Shown in pieces: positions 11,898 through 23,709 of a stretch of 64,000 nucleotides of DNA. The first letter of the stretch is position 1, and each line of letters begins with the position of its first letter. The stretch is taken from assembly GCA_951804945.1 (NCBI GenBank), contig OX638163.1:36208001-36272000 (forward strand), written 5' to 3'. Below the pieces are notes generated by a model that saw only the letters and a list, made by a program, of their open reading frames with translations, did not search any database and was not told where the DNA came from. A program made the position numbers and the translations under genes. This DNA comes from Podarcis cretensis. Its lineage: Eukaryota.

Positions 11898-12183
11898 GAT
11901 GGAATCCAGGAGTATTTCTAGACTACATACCTGTTCTTTCAAAGGGAGTGCAACCCTACCCAGAACAGGCATTACACAGGAACCACTCACCAACATCACT
12001 TCTGTCTCGTTGGCTTTTCCCCACACCCCCATCACTGCCTTAGGACTCTGCCTAGCACTTTAATAGCCTGCCCTTTATGCAATGCAATGTAGTAACAGAG
12101 CTGTGTGTCACTGGCATACTGCTGACACCATTTCCCAGATCCCAAGATGTCTGCTCCCAATGGTTTATTATAGATGTTAAATA

Positions 12184-12643
12184 GCATAGGAAGTAGAATG
12201 GATCCTTCTAGGAACCCAGATGCCAAAACCCATGGAGCTGAACAACATTGTACTTCTACTTTCTGGTAGCAACCCCAGAAGTATAACTAGAACCACTGTA
12301 ATACAGTACCTCCAATGATCATCTCTTTCAGTTGCTCCAGAAGAATGCCAATTGCTCAATGACCTCAGGAGCCACTGAAATTTCAAGGAGAACCAACTGT
12401 AGTACATAAAGGGCACACATTAGGCATAGGGCATAGGAAATAGAATGGATCCTTCTAGGAACCCAGAGGCCAAAAACCATGGCGCTGAACAACGTTGGAC
12501 CTCTACTTTCTGGTAGCAACCCTAGAAGTACGACTAGAACTACTGTAACACAGTACCTCCAATGATCATCTTTTTCAGTTGCTACAGAAGAATGCCAATG
12601 GTCAATGACCTCAAAAGCCAATGAAAATTCAAGGAGAACCAAC
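12184..12643. repeat. Diverged tandem duplication of ~213 bp of L2 RT sequence (period ~247)
   Basis: GCATAGGAA(G/A)TAGAATGGATCCTTCTAGGAACCCAG...CAAGGAGAACCAAC at 12184-12397 and 12431-12643. Confidence 0.9.
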
Positions 12644-13939
12644 ACTGCCAGTATAGGACATGGTATTGTGGAGAAAAGGTTATACAAGTATCTCACAAGT
12701 TGTGAATTGTATGCATTTGGCTTTATGAGCTTGGAAAATGTTTAGTTTTTAGAAGGGGGCAGAAACGGGGCACACATCCAGAGATGGAATTTGGGTTCAA
12801 TGGCAGGTGGGATTACCAAAGTGTTTTGACTATATTTTATTTTGGCTTTACATGCTATCCCTGAAATCTAACCCCTACGTTAAAGTGAGAGTCACCTGTA
12901 TTTAGTAACTATAAATACAAATACAAGTGTTCCACCAAAGGAGGAATCCTTAAATTCACTTCATTTGTTATTCTGGGCAAGATATCTATGCATTTTTTGT
13001 TTTTGTTTGCAAAACTTTATTTTTAGCTTTCCTGAGAGCTTAATTCAGATTTCCTGATCCCCCTAAGTCATTATACACATTCAGCTGCTAAATGGATCAA
13101 CGCTTTATCAGATGAACTGAGCAAGCAGAGTTGCCTACCTAAGAGGAAGGTGATGCATCCAATCAATGGAAATTCAGGGAGTGCTGTTAAACTAACTGCT
13201 GCTGTCTCTTTTTATGGCACTGAAATAACTAGGCATGGGATGGGTCAGAAGCCACATTATTTACCGCAAGTCTTTATAGTACTATAAATGACATTTTAAA
13301 CATGTGCATTGTTTGTTACTCAACCAATATGAGAAAATGATAGAGTGGAAAAGCCTGGTTTATCAGTGGAGATAAGATATTATGATTATAGCACTGAGGA
13401 TTGTTGAGAGAGAGTTTATTGTTTTGTGAAAACTCTATAACGCTTCCCAGCAGTGTCGTTAACTTACTTGCTGACCCTTGTGCTACAAAAATCCTGCCAC
13501 ACATTATATTAATACTAAGCTCTTATCAGACAGCTCCATTCACATAAATGGGCTGCTCTGCCTTCAATCTTCTGGTTTATAATGACAAAAAGTCTTACAC
13601 ACACACACACACACACACGCACACTGCATGATCCCAATGGTTCACTCTGCTCCCAGTGGTTCAGAATCTGAGATGCCTTTGAAATGTATGGATTTAAGAT
13701 CCCCCACCCACCCAATGTTGAAGTCCAATAATTTGCCCTGTGCAGATGTTAAGAGAGAGAGAGAGGCTTTCCTTCCCTCTCTAATAAGGGTTATTATTTG
13801 AAAACTGCCTGGGAAGAGGTTCAGGACAGACCAAATGAGGTCTGACCTGGGTAGGGAATATATTGCGGGTCCAGGTACTGTGGAGCCACAGGCAGGGAGG
13901 TGACTACACATAACTACAGTAAGACACAGGATAGCAATA

Positions 13940-14181
13940 CAGTGGTACCTCAGGTTACATACACTTCAGGTTACATACACTTCAGGTTACAGACTCCGTT
14001 AACCCAGAAATAGTGCTTCAGGTTAAGAACTTTGCTTCAGGATAAGAACAGAAATCGTGCTCCGGCAGCGCAGCAGCATCAGGAGGCCCCATTAGCTAAA
14101 GTGGTGTTTCAGGTTAAGAACAGTTTCAGGTTAAAAACAGACCTCTGGAAAGAATTAAGTTCTTAACCCGAGGTACCACTG
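13940..14181. mobile_element. Tc1/pogo-type MITE (CAGTGGTACCTC TIR)
   Basis: CAGTGGTACCTCAGGTTA ... TAACCCGAGGTACCACTG, TA TSD. Confidence 0.92.
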
Positions 14182-14399
14182 TACTGGGATTTAAACTAGA
14201 CACAACCTTATTGATTACAGTTGTCAGCAGGTTTGAATGCTGCATGTGTATCTTGAAATCAACCAGCCCAACTGCTGGTTGACGACTGGCAACCAAGCTT
14301 AAGAGTCACCCTACAACATGTATCATTTAGGGTTCTATGGCCCATCAGCCCTCAAGTTGGGCATCTGGACAAGAAGCACTTCCCCATGGCTCCCACTGA

Positions 14400-15500
14400 G
14401 GTATGAGTGCAGGTCATGTAGTGTGGCCTATTCAATGCCAGTCTTTGCAGCCCTGAAAGTAGTTGAATGTGTGAATGAAGGTAGCAGTGAAACCCTCTCC
14501 AGAAGGCTTCTGTATCAGGACATATCATTGACTCCAGAGCTTTCAATTTGCATTCGCTTCTCAAAAAAAGATCAGTTAAGTAAAGGCTCCATAATAAAGT
14601 TAGCAGCAATAAATGAAAAGAGCCCCTGTCCAGCAAAAGACTCCAGACCTTTGGCCACTTAGGCCTGGTTCACTGCTCATCCACAAGGATAGCTCTCACC
14701 TAGCCAGGCATGGGTGTTGTGCAAAACAATAGTGGCATGTGGCATGCAACCCTCAGACTTGTCAGTTCACTCTTTCAGAATAGGTGCCACCACAACTGCC
14801 ACCTCCTGGGGCTTTCCTGCCGAGAGAATTAAAGCCATGGGCCAGTGGAGATCCACAGCATACAAGAGATATTTGTGCCAGAATACCCTGGACATCACAT
14901 CTTCCTGTTGCCTCTTCTATTGCAGGTATGCTGGGCAAGAAGATATGGATTTGTGGTTAAGCATCATCCACTCGACCTGAGGCAAATGGAAGAGGAAACA
15001 ACCTGGCCTTTCCCTCAGGCATCCAGATCTCCTGACTAGAAAGGAGAGGCATGAGAAGACAAGAGTTCATGACCATGGCAGCAGTCAAAATTTGAGGCAG
15101 GTGGTCCCCCAGACATCATCATTATACAATTTGGGAGAAATGGTTTAGGTCTCCAGAAGGACACTGACCTCACATGGGCCATAATTGAAGACTTACAATC
15201 ACCCCTGGCCCAAACCCAGGCATATTTGTCAGGTGCTCAGTTACTAGAAAGGTGGCAGTGACGCAGGAGCCCTAACCTTGAGAGCTTGAACTAGGCCAGA
15301 AAGAAGGCCAATTGCACAGTTGGGTGTAAGATGGTTCTTTGGAAAGGTTGGGTGAGTCTGCACCCCAGGATCACATTTGACCAAGAGGTGGAGTTCACCT
15401 CCCTGATTGCACAAATTACATCTGGTTGAGTGATGTGGTGGAAGGATTAAAGGGTTGGCTGCAGGTGCAAAGGTTGATTTTGATCAACTGACTGGCAGTG
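14400..15500 (+). pseudogene. Decayed Ngaro-type tyrosine recombinase followed by SGNH hydrolase remnant
   Basis: IRFSKKDQLSKG..CPAKD, HSFRIGATTTA..ERIKAMGQWRSTAYKRY (14714 ORF), then frameshifted KKIWICG-SIIH, PPDIIIIQ, IWLSDVVEGLKGWLQV; collinear with 36678-37644. Confidence 0.85.
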
Positions 15501-16799
15501 CCTGCATACTCCTTTTTGCTGCTATCAACTTCATCTGCCCCACACCTGGGGCCATTTGTGATGTCAGATATAGGGCACTTGGCCTTCCCTTAGCCAACAT
15601 GGTCTGGCAAGCCTAATTTCTGATTAGCAATTAGTGGTCTGAAGCCTTCCCACCCCTGGAATAAGCCTTATTTAATGCAGTAGGTTGCATAACTGAATAA
15701 ACCGAATAAACATATCAAGCCACTGGGTGACCTTGGATTGGTCTCTCTCTCCCAACCCTACAGTTTGTTTGTTGTGAGAATAGACAGCAGGGGCATCTAT
15801 GTTGCCATGACCTCCTTAGAAGGATGATGGGATACAAGCTGAATTAATGGAAGGAGAGAGAAAGATAAGAAATGCTCCCATTGACTTAAATGAATTGTTC
15901 TTTATGTCTTTGATTTTTGTTCAGTGCCAATCTAATCTCTTCAGGAAGGAAAAAAACTTGCTGATAGTTGCTTGCAAAATCGCTCAACAGGTCGGAAAGC
16001 CATGACCCAAAAATAAAATAGGAAACAATCCCCCTACCCACCCACCCCCTGCCCATCTTCTAGCTAACATTTTTTTTTTTATTGTAAAGCTGTAGCTAGC
16101 TTAGTAAAGGCTGACGTTTCCATGGCTCATTGAAGCAGATACAATAATTCTGTCCCCATGATTGAAGATATTTCAATCAGAAAGGAGCAATCGTTAAATA
16201 TAGGGTGTACAAACATATCAGGCTGGACACAGAGGCTTAGTCTGTCCAGTGGGCTATGATGGTAAAAATACATAGCTTGAAATGAAGACCAGCTGAGCCT
16301 CAGTAGCACAGAAATGGTTTATTCATGAATGTTATTCATGAGATTTGCAACACACATACACACCTTCCTCCTCCTCTGTCACTGAATATTATTTTCCTTG
16401 TGTTATTATTCTCCTCAGTTGAATTTTCACACTGCTTGTCTATGTTAAAGAAGTAAAGTTGTTCACTTTAAACAAACTTATATTTAAAGATTGTGTGTAA
16501 ATCAAAAATTATCAAAGTATTTTTAAAACCAGACAGTCCCTGAAGTCTCCAGTTCAATGGGAAATAAATACTATAAACCTTAGACATCCAATCCCCCCTC
16601 CCCAATTCAATTGGGGAGAATTAAAGGGCCTAAATTTGGCTGGACTGTGTAACATGTAGGTATGGGGCAAAAATCTGAACTGGGAAATCACTAGCATGGA
16701 GTACAATTTTAATCTGCAGAGCCAGTCAAGCATTTGTACGTAGGTGTTGAGTCACAGCTCTGGGACAGGTTGCATCTAGGATCCAGCTTGGGTGCTGTG

Positions 16800-17030
16800 A
16801 TCAGAAATGCAAAAGGGAACCAGACAGCAGGCTTTCTTGGTAGTTGCACCTCTCCTGTGGAATGCCCTTCCATCAGGAAACAAACAACTATCTGACTTTT
16901 AGAAGACTTCTGAAGGCAGCCCTGTATAAGGAAGTTTTTAATATTCAACACCTTACTGTGTTTGTTGGAAATTTCCCAGAGTGACTGGGGCAACCGAAAC
17001 TATTTATTATTGCTGTTGTTACTGTAATTG
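16800..17030 (+). mobile_element. L2 3' end fragment
   Basis: TGGAATGCCCTTCC..AACAACTATCTGACTTTTAGAAGACTTCTGAAGGCAGCCCTGT matches the 60885-61230 copy. Confidence 0.8.
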
Positions 17031-20000
17031 TTATTATTTGCTATGGTGGCTGGTGCTGACTGGAGCCCAACAACACCCTGAGGGACTCACTGCTGCATCT
17101 GGGAAAACTGGCTTCTGATTTTGCACTAATTCTTAGTTCCAGCTTTTCTAGAAATTGTCTCCACTGCTTTTGCTGGTTTCCAAGTACAGATGCTGTCAGC
17201 ATTCCAGGGTAACTGTCATCCCAGGGCTTAAAGTGAAAAGTATTGAGTGCATGAGCATTTACCAGTGAGAATAAAATGGGCTTATTTATCAAAGTCCACA
17301 TCCTTGGTGAAGGGCTTACTTCCTGCATCTCTCATAAACACACTTGCTGTGCGTGTAGGATGATAAATATGCATCTAGTATGTCTCTTTCTTTCCCCCTA
17401 TTTAATAGCCTGGCACATGGCTCTGTATAATCCCCCCCCCCAAAGTGTGCAAAATGTTTATTGTAATAGCACATAATGGAAGACATGATATCTCTGCACA
17501 CAAAAATGATGCACTACTTGATCATTGTAAGCTGACTTCCCCGCTAGGCAGGTGTAACTATATCTTTCTTGAATTATATTATACAGTAGGAATAGAAAAT
17601 TTCTCTAGATGGTAGGGGGAGAGAAAAAAAAAGTAACTAATCTTTCAAAACCAAGATGTGCTAAGTTAATGCCAAAACTCTGCTCTTGGCTGAGTCTGTG
17701 CGAAGAGGAAGGTTATCGAAAACCAGGTAGCTCAATACAGGGAAACTTTTCTCATGCTTAGTATTATTTCTGAGCCTCACTGGGGCTTCTTGATGGCATT
17801 CTTGTAACACCTCAATCTTAGCTTTGGCTTTGTGAAAACAAAACAAAACCCAAACCCTAGATATTATGGTGGGTGTAATACCTTGGAAACACACATTGGT
17901 AACCCCCAGAGAGTTGATTAGTACCATGCACTTTACATGGGGCTGCTGCATGGTTGCTCTCTGAGGCAACCTTTCAACAATTTGTGATACCTTTACCAAC
18001 TTTCTTTACTTTTCTTACCAACCTTACCAAACTTGATTCCCTCCAAGTGTTGCTGTTTCTTTAAACCATTATTATTCAGCATCAAAACTCATTAACATCT
18101 GAGTCAAAATAGTAGGAAAAGTACCAGGAAAGCTCCATGGTAAGGAAACCCCCATTTCCCCTAATATAATGCATTTTTACTTGCTGTTGGTTCACATATT
18201 GTTTTGGGAGGTGCATATTAGATAGATTCACCTTTAAATGTGAATTGAATTAAACTGAAACATATATGCAAGAATGCATATAGTAGAATAAAGTGTGCAT
18301 AAAAATGTGAACAGCAGTGAAAACAACATGGGGAAAATGCATCATACTTAAGAAAATTGCATATAAAAATGTGTATATTGGAGGGGGATGCACTAAAATG
18401 CTGATGAATTTCCATGAGGATTTTTAAAATAAAAAATAGTAAAAATGGCCAACTGCTGGGGAAATGTGAGGAAATGAACATAACATGGAAGAAATGAGAA
18501 ACTGAAATTGATAGGTTTGCACCTTTCTGTTGAAAATGCAACATCAGGATCAGGAGAACACACCCCATTTTTGGGTGCCTTGTTTACCCTCCTCTGCTTC
18601 CGTCTCTGATTTTTCTCCTTTTCAGTCTGATTTGGGGTGATATGTGGTGTCAGTGAGGGCAGAAGCAGCACAGAAAACACAGCAGCGACATCAAAAAAGA
18701 GGGAGGGAGGGATCCAGTTCTCTTTATTTATTACCTGACATCTTCTTTTCCTCTGTCATACTGCATTTGTACTCTAATAAAGCAAGTGATTCAGATGAAA
18801 CAACAGCAAGTCCTTCATCATGTTAGGAAACAAAAGTGATTGCTATTGTTCATCCTTCAAAGAGGGTTGAAAAAATAGCATTGAGGGAGGAATGCAATCA
18901 CCCACTTTCAATGAAAGCACAATTTTTTTTTAATGTGTTATTGTTGTAATGACAAACATCCATTTATTCTTCCTGCCTCAGCTCGCTCTCAGGTCCCATC
19001 CTTGGCTCTCTAAGACTTTTGACATCCTGTCCAATTACCTTGCATTTGCTTCTACAGGAGCCTTGCTTTTTCCTCATAAAGACAGTTGAGAAGTTTGGAT
19101 AAAGTGTTATCCTTCTCAGCGCCCTCAGGAATATCCATCCTGTTTGGATGGCTTTGTGAGAGACAGCCACACTGAATCGCAAAAACCTCTCATGTTTGAC
19201 AGGAATACATCCGCTGACCTTCAATTAGGCTGCAGGTTAAGACAATACTGGAAAATCAATTGCTCATTTTCTCCCTTTTGCTCTCTGATTTTGATGTTTG
19301 CCAAGATAAAGGATGACAGTCTTGAAGGCGGGACTCTCCAAAGTACATCCATTTGATGTTACCAGAAGCTCAAGGGGTCGTGCCTTGGCGTAATCGTCAC
19401 AAAGCTCCTTGCCTCTGTTCTGTCAATAAACATCAATCCCACCTCTGGACAAATGTTGCTGTTTCTCTTTGGGGCCTCAGATATTTCTTTATCTGTCTTC
19501 ATCCTCCATATTCTCTCCCTTCCTGAATACTTTTTCACCTTTTCCAGGGGAGAAATAATAGTATACGACAACGGAGCATGTCATTTAATTTTATCATGGC
19601 TTGGCAGGAGAGTCAACTGACGTTGCTTCTCAATTACAGAAAAGGAAGGAATTTTTTTACCTCTGTCTAAAGTGTGGAAGGGAGATGGAGGGGTGTTGTG
19701 GTTTTGGGGTGGGTTTTTTTAGCAATAAAGTTTTGAGGATGAAAGATAATTAGGAAATGTCTATCAGTATTTTAATCTTGGAGGGATGGGAATCAGTGCT
19801 AAGCACACAAAAGGCTTTGCTCTTATCGTGGTAAGTACATCCCCCTATTTAGTTCAGTAAATATCTTTCATTTAAAAGAGGAGACAACCTCCATCCCAAA
19901 TTACATTACAGTCTCACAGCTCAGTCATATTAAACCTACATGGTTCCAGCCATAGACACCATCTCATGGGAGGTGAGCTCCCTTTGCCTGCCCCTGTCCC

Positions 20001-20217
20001 AAATAAAATGCCAAATTCTGTGGGTCTGCTCTGTTTGGACATAGAGATAATGTTTCAGCATCTATTTGCGATTTTTCTCAGTGGTATTGTCAAACCTGCT
20101 TGAAGGTTTGGGACTCAGCCAAGAAAATGCAAATTAATTTCTCTGTCCCAGTTCACTTCTATTTTCTATTGCATGGTGTAAAACCATGGATTAGGGTGGG
20201 TGAATCACCATCTTTTT

Positions 20218-20583
20218 TCTTTTTTTTAAAAAATAATATTTATTCAAATTTTAAAGGTTACAAAGAGAAACAAATAAAAAAGAAAAATAGAAAAAATACA
20301 AACAACTGAAGAAAGAACAAATCAACCCTTTACATCACTTGCTTTCATTCACTTACTTCCTTGACCTCCTCACACCTCCCATTTTTGTATTCTAATTCAA
20401 TTAGATATTTCAGCAAATCCTTTCCAACTTTGTTTTTATCTTAATAGTTTATCTTAATATTTTATCTTAATATATTGTAATTTTACATTCCCTTCTTTCA
20501 CCAAATTATTTTTACTTAGTCCTTTATATCTTTTCTGCTAAAACCACATAATTCTATTCCAACATCTTTCTAACATTCCTTAA
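20218..20583 (-). mobile_element. 5'-truncated poly(A) retroposon (L1-like 3' UTR)
   Basis: AATAAA plus A-rich tail on minus strand; 16-bp TSD GAATCACCATCTTTTT (20202-20217, 20584-20599). Confidence 0.8.
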
Positions 20584-22336
20584 GAATCACCATCTTTTTC
20601 TGATCTATGTTACTTTTGCATGTGGGCACCCATAAACTCGTTCTGACTCATTTCCTCAATCTGCAAATTCATTTTCAATGGATTTACACAAAAAATTAAA
20701 CATGCATTCTAGATTTATCTTCCATTTAAAATATGCATTTTAAGACAAGTTTTCATGTTGTTTAGCTAGTGAAAGTGTCAAAACTTTCAGGAAGTGTGAA
20801 AGCCAGTGGATAACCTAAGCTATGATCAACACTTTAGTAAAGGAGATTTGGATGGATACATCCATCAATTTCAATTTCTCTTTAGTTTCTCATAATTCCA
20901 CTCTCGAATTCACACTGGATTGCGTTTTTTTAAAAGCACCTTTTAGTCTACTGCTGTTTTTAATTACTTGTTCTAAACTGCATAGTGGTGGCTTTAATAT
21001 TCCTGATAAGCCACTTAGGGGTTTTGTTAAAATCAAGCAGTATGTAGATTGTGTAAAATAGATAAACAAAACCATAAAGTCCTGTGAAAATCCATCAGCA
21101 TTTTTGTCCACATTTCTCCTAATATACACTTTTTTTTGTATGCAGTTCTGCTTATGTTTATGTGAGCATGCTCCTTTAATGCAATGCAATTATTTATGTT
21201 ATTTTCACTAACATGCATTTTTTAATGCACATTGTTTTTACACTTTTTTGTTGTTGCTAAGAACTGTTTGTTTTGCAAAATTCTGAGAACTGCACAGTCT
21301 GAATGAGATTGGTGTTTTGATTCAGATTTCAGGATCTGCACATTAGGTGATTTTGCATTAAACTGCAAAGCAAACAGAATTTTGCAAACCAATATGAGTT
21401 TCTTCTCTACCCCAGCATGTATTAGGTCATGTTTACATCCTGCAGTGCTTCAGGAATACTTTTAATACCACTTTACTCAGGGACAGTCTGGAAAACCTAA
21501 GTGGCCCTAGGAGGAGCTACGATCAACTACAGCAGTGCTCTGGAGCAATGCTACGGTATGTTGTAAGTGTTCTGAAATGTAGGAAACTAGGTTGATCACA
21601 ATGTATGTTAAAATTATTCATTAATACATTTTATGTATGTCCATACTTTTATTTCTTCAGCAAATTTTATTATTTATTTGGAAGTATGTAAACACTGTTA
21701 AAGAAAAGCATTTGGAAGAGTCGGTATATCTGATTTTTTAAATAAAAAAAAATAGAAATAGCTGATATATCACTATCCTTAAACAAGAAATAAAGATCTT
21801 AAAGTGTTCCCAATAAAACATGTAAATTGGAATCTTCTTGCATCTTGCTGTACCAGTGCATGACAAGGAGTTGAGAAAAGCAATTCAAACCTCCCTTGTG
21901 CTGACCTGAGGACAGTGTCCAGCTCTTTCAGCTAAGCTAGTCTCCTGCCAGCTGCTGAACATGTGAGTGGGTGGGAATAATGCTGGAGTTATATTCACCA
22001 GTTGTAGCCAAGAAAAAGGCCCTGGAATTGGGGCAAGGAATGGGCAGGGCTGAGCTGGTCCAGGATCCATCAGATCCTAAGCCAGTTTCTCTGCCATTGT
22101 AGAAGGGCATTGGGCCTGTTCCAGGCCTGAACACTGCACCACCTCCACATCTTTCTGCCGCCCTTCCACCCCAGCTATGATGTACAGCTGAGCCCTGTTG
22201 GTGAAGGTGGTGGTAAATTGTACCCTTCACCTTTAGCTGCTTACCATAAAGGTGCCAACAGAACAGTCACTTGCTTACAATATGATTTCTATTTGCATCT
22301 GAATTCTGTTGGGTGGCTGTCACTGATCTTTGCTGT

Positions 22337-22652
22337 TGTTGTTGTTGTTTAGTTGTTTAGTTGTATCCGACTCTTCGTTACCCCCTGGACCAGAACATGC
22401 CAGGCACTCCTGTCTTCCATTGCCTCCCGCAGTTTGGTCAAACTCATGCTGGTAGCTTAGAGAACACTGCCCAACCATCTCGTCCTCTGTTGTCCCCTTC
22501 TCCTTGTGCCCTCCATCTTTCCCAACATCAAGGTCTTTTTCTAGGGAGTCTTCTCTTCTCATGAGGTGGCCAAAGTATTGGAGCCTCAGCTTCATGATCT
22601 GTCCTTCCAGTGAACACTCAGGGCTGATTTCCTTAAGAATGGAGAGGTTTGA
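22337..22652 (-). mobile_element. BovB (RTE) LINE 3' fragment
   Basis: SNLSILKEISPECSLEGQIMKLRLQYFGHLMRREDSLEK, (CAA)n tail, 12-bp TSD GATCTTTGCTGT (22325-22336, 22653-22664). Confidence 0.93.
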
Positions 22653-23461
22653 GATCTTTGCTGTAGAATGGCACAATCTAAAAAAGGACCCTTTTGTTTT
22701 TAAAAATATATTTATCTATCATCTATCTATCGCTGCAGAGCACCTTTAAAGTGACACTTGCAAGCAAGGGCAGAGATATAGGATATAGATAAACTTTAAT
22801 TACATCAGTGGTTAAATGGGTGTTTAATTTTAATGAACTGGTAGTCTAGGGGCTCATGTCAATATTGGGAATGAGGGCTACCTTTGCCGAAGAGACGATC
22901 TTGTTTCATTCTAAGTGAGAGACAAATGGAGCTGTTCAGAGCTAATGGAGATAAAAGACATCTCTGGTGTTTTGTTCACCTAAGGAAGAAAATGCAGCCA
23001 TCAATAGATTTTTAACCATTTAGGCTTTGATTTGAACTGTCTGTGACAGCCCCAGAGAGGCCAAAGCATGTAGCCATGTTAATGGTGGGGCTAACCTCAA
23101 GCAATGTGATCAACTATTGTCTAAATGAGAAACAACAGAGTCCTATGGTGCATTTAAAAAACCCCAACAACTAAAACTAATGCAGTTATTGTGCCATTGG
23201 TTTGGGTAGAGTATAGTCTGGTTCATCATATCCAGAAAGTCTCCAGGAAGATTACCAACAAGTGACTATCTTGCACAGATATAGTATCAGAAATTCGGGT
23301 ATTTACAGAATTAGGAGTGGAGCACTGGGAAGTTTGGATGGAGGGGTAGGGAACGTATTTATTCAAGATGTCAGATTAATCAAATGAAAAAATACTCCTA
23401 ATAGATTACATCAAGGATGAGAAATTATTTTCAGCCTGAGAGCCACATTCCCATATGAGCT

Positions 23462-23709
23462 AGAAGAAGAGTTTGGATTTGATATCCCGCTTTACCACTC
23501 CCCTTAAGTAGTCTCAAAGTGGCTAACATTCTTCTTTCCCTTCCTCCCCCACAACAAACACTCTGTGAGGTGAGTAGGGCTGAGAGACTTCAGAGAAGTG
23601 TGACTAGCCCAAGGTCACCCAGCAGCTGCGTGTAGAGGAGCGGAGACGCGAACCCGGTTCACCAGACTACGAGTCTACTGCTCTTAACCACTACACTACA
23701 CTGGCTCTC
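23462..23709 (-). mobile_element. tRNA-derived CORE/MIR-like SINE with (TTC)n tail
   Basis: A/B boxes on minus strand (TAGTGGTTAAGAGC, GGGTTCGCGTC), CORE-like GTGACTAGCCCAAGGTCAC; second copy at 49493. Confidence 0.85.

Larger units (their letters stand above)
10720..12660 (-). mobile_element. Decayed L2 RT region, split by the Ngaro solo unit and carrying an internal duplication
   Basis: Minus-strand peptides LLEFSLAFEVIDH, GSILLPMLFNIY, CQQYASDTQL, PVLGRVALPLKEQVCSLEILLDS; continues left of 10959. Confidence 0.8.

Noticed and set aside
18964-19571. Two adjacent minus-strand ORFs as a possible host exon
   Set aside because: Separated by a stop, no recognisable homology or clear splice sites; treated as a non-coding candidate instead.
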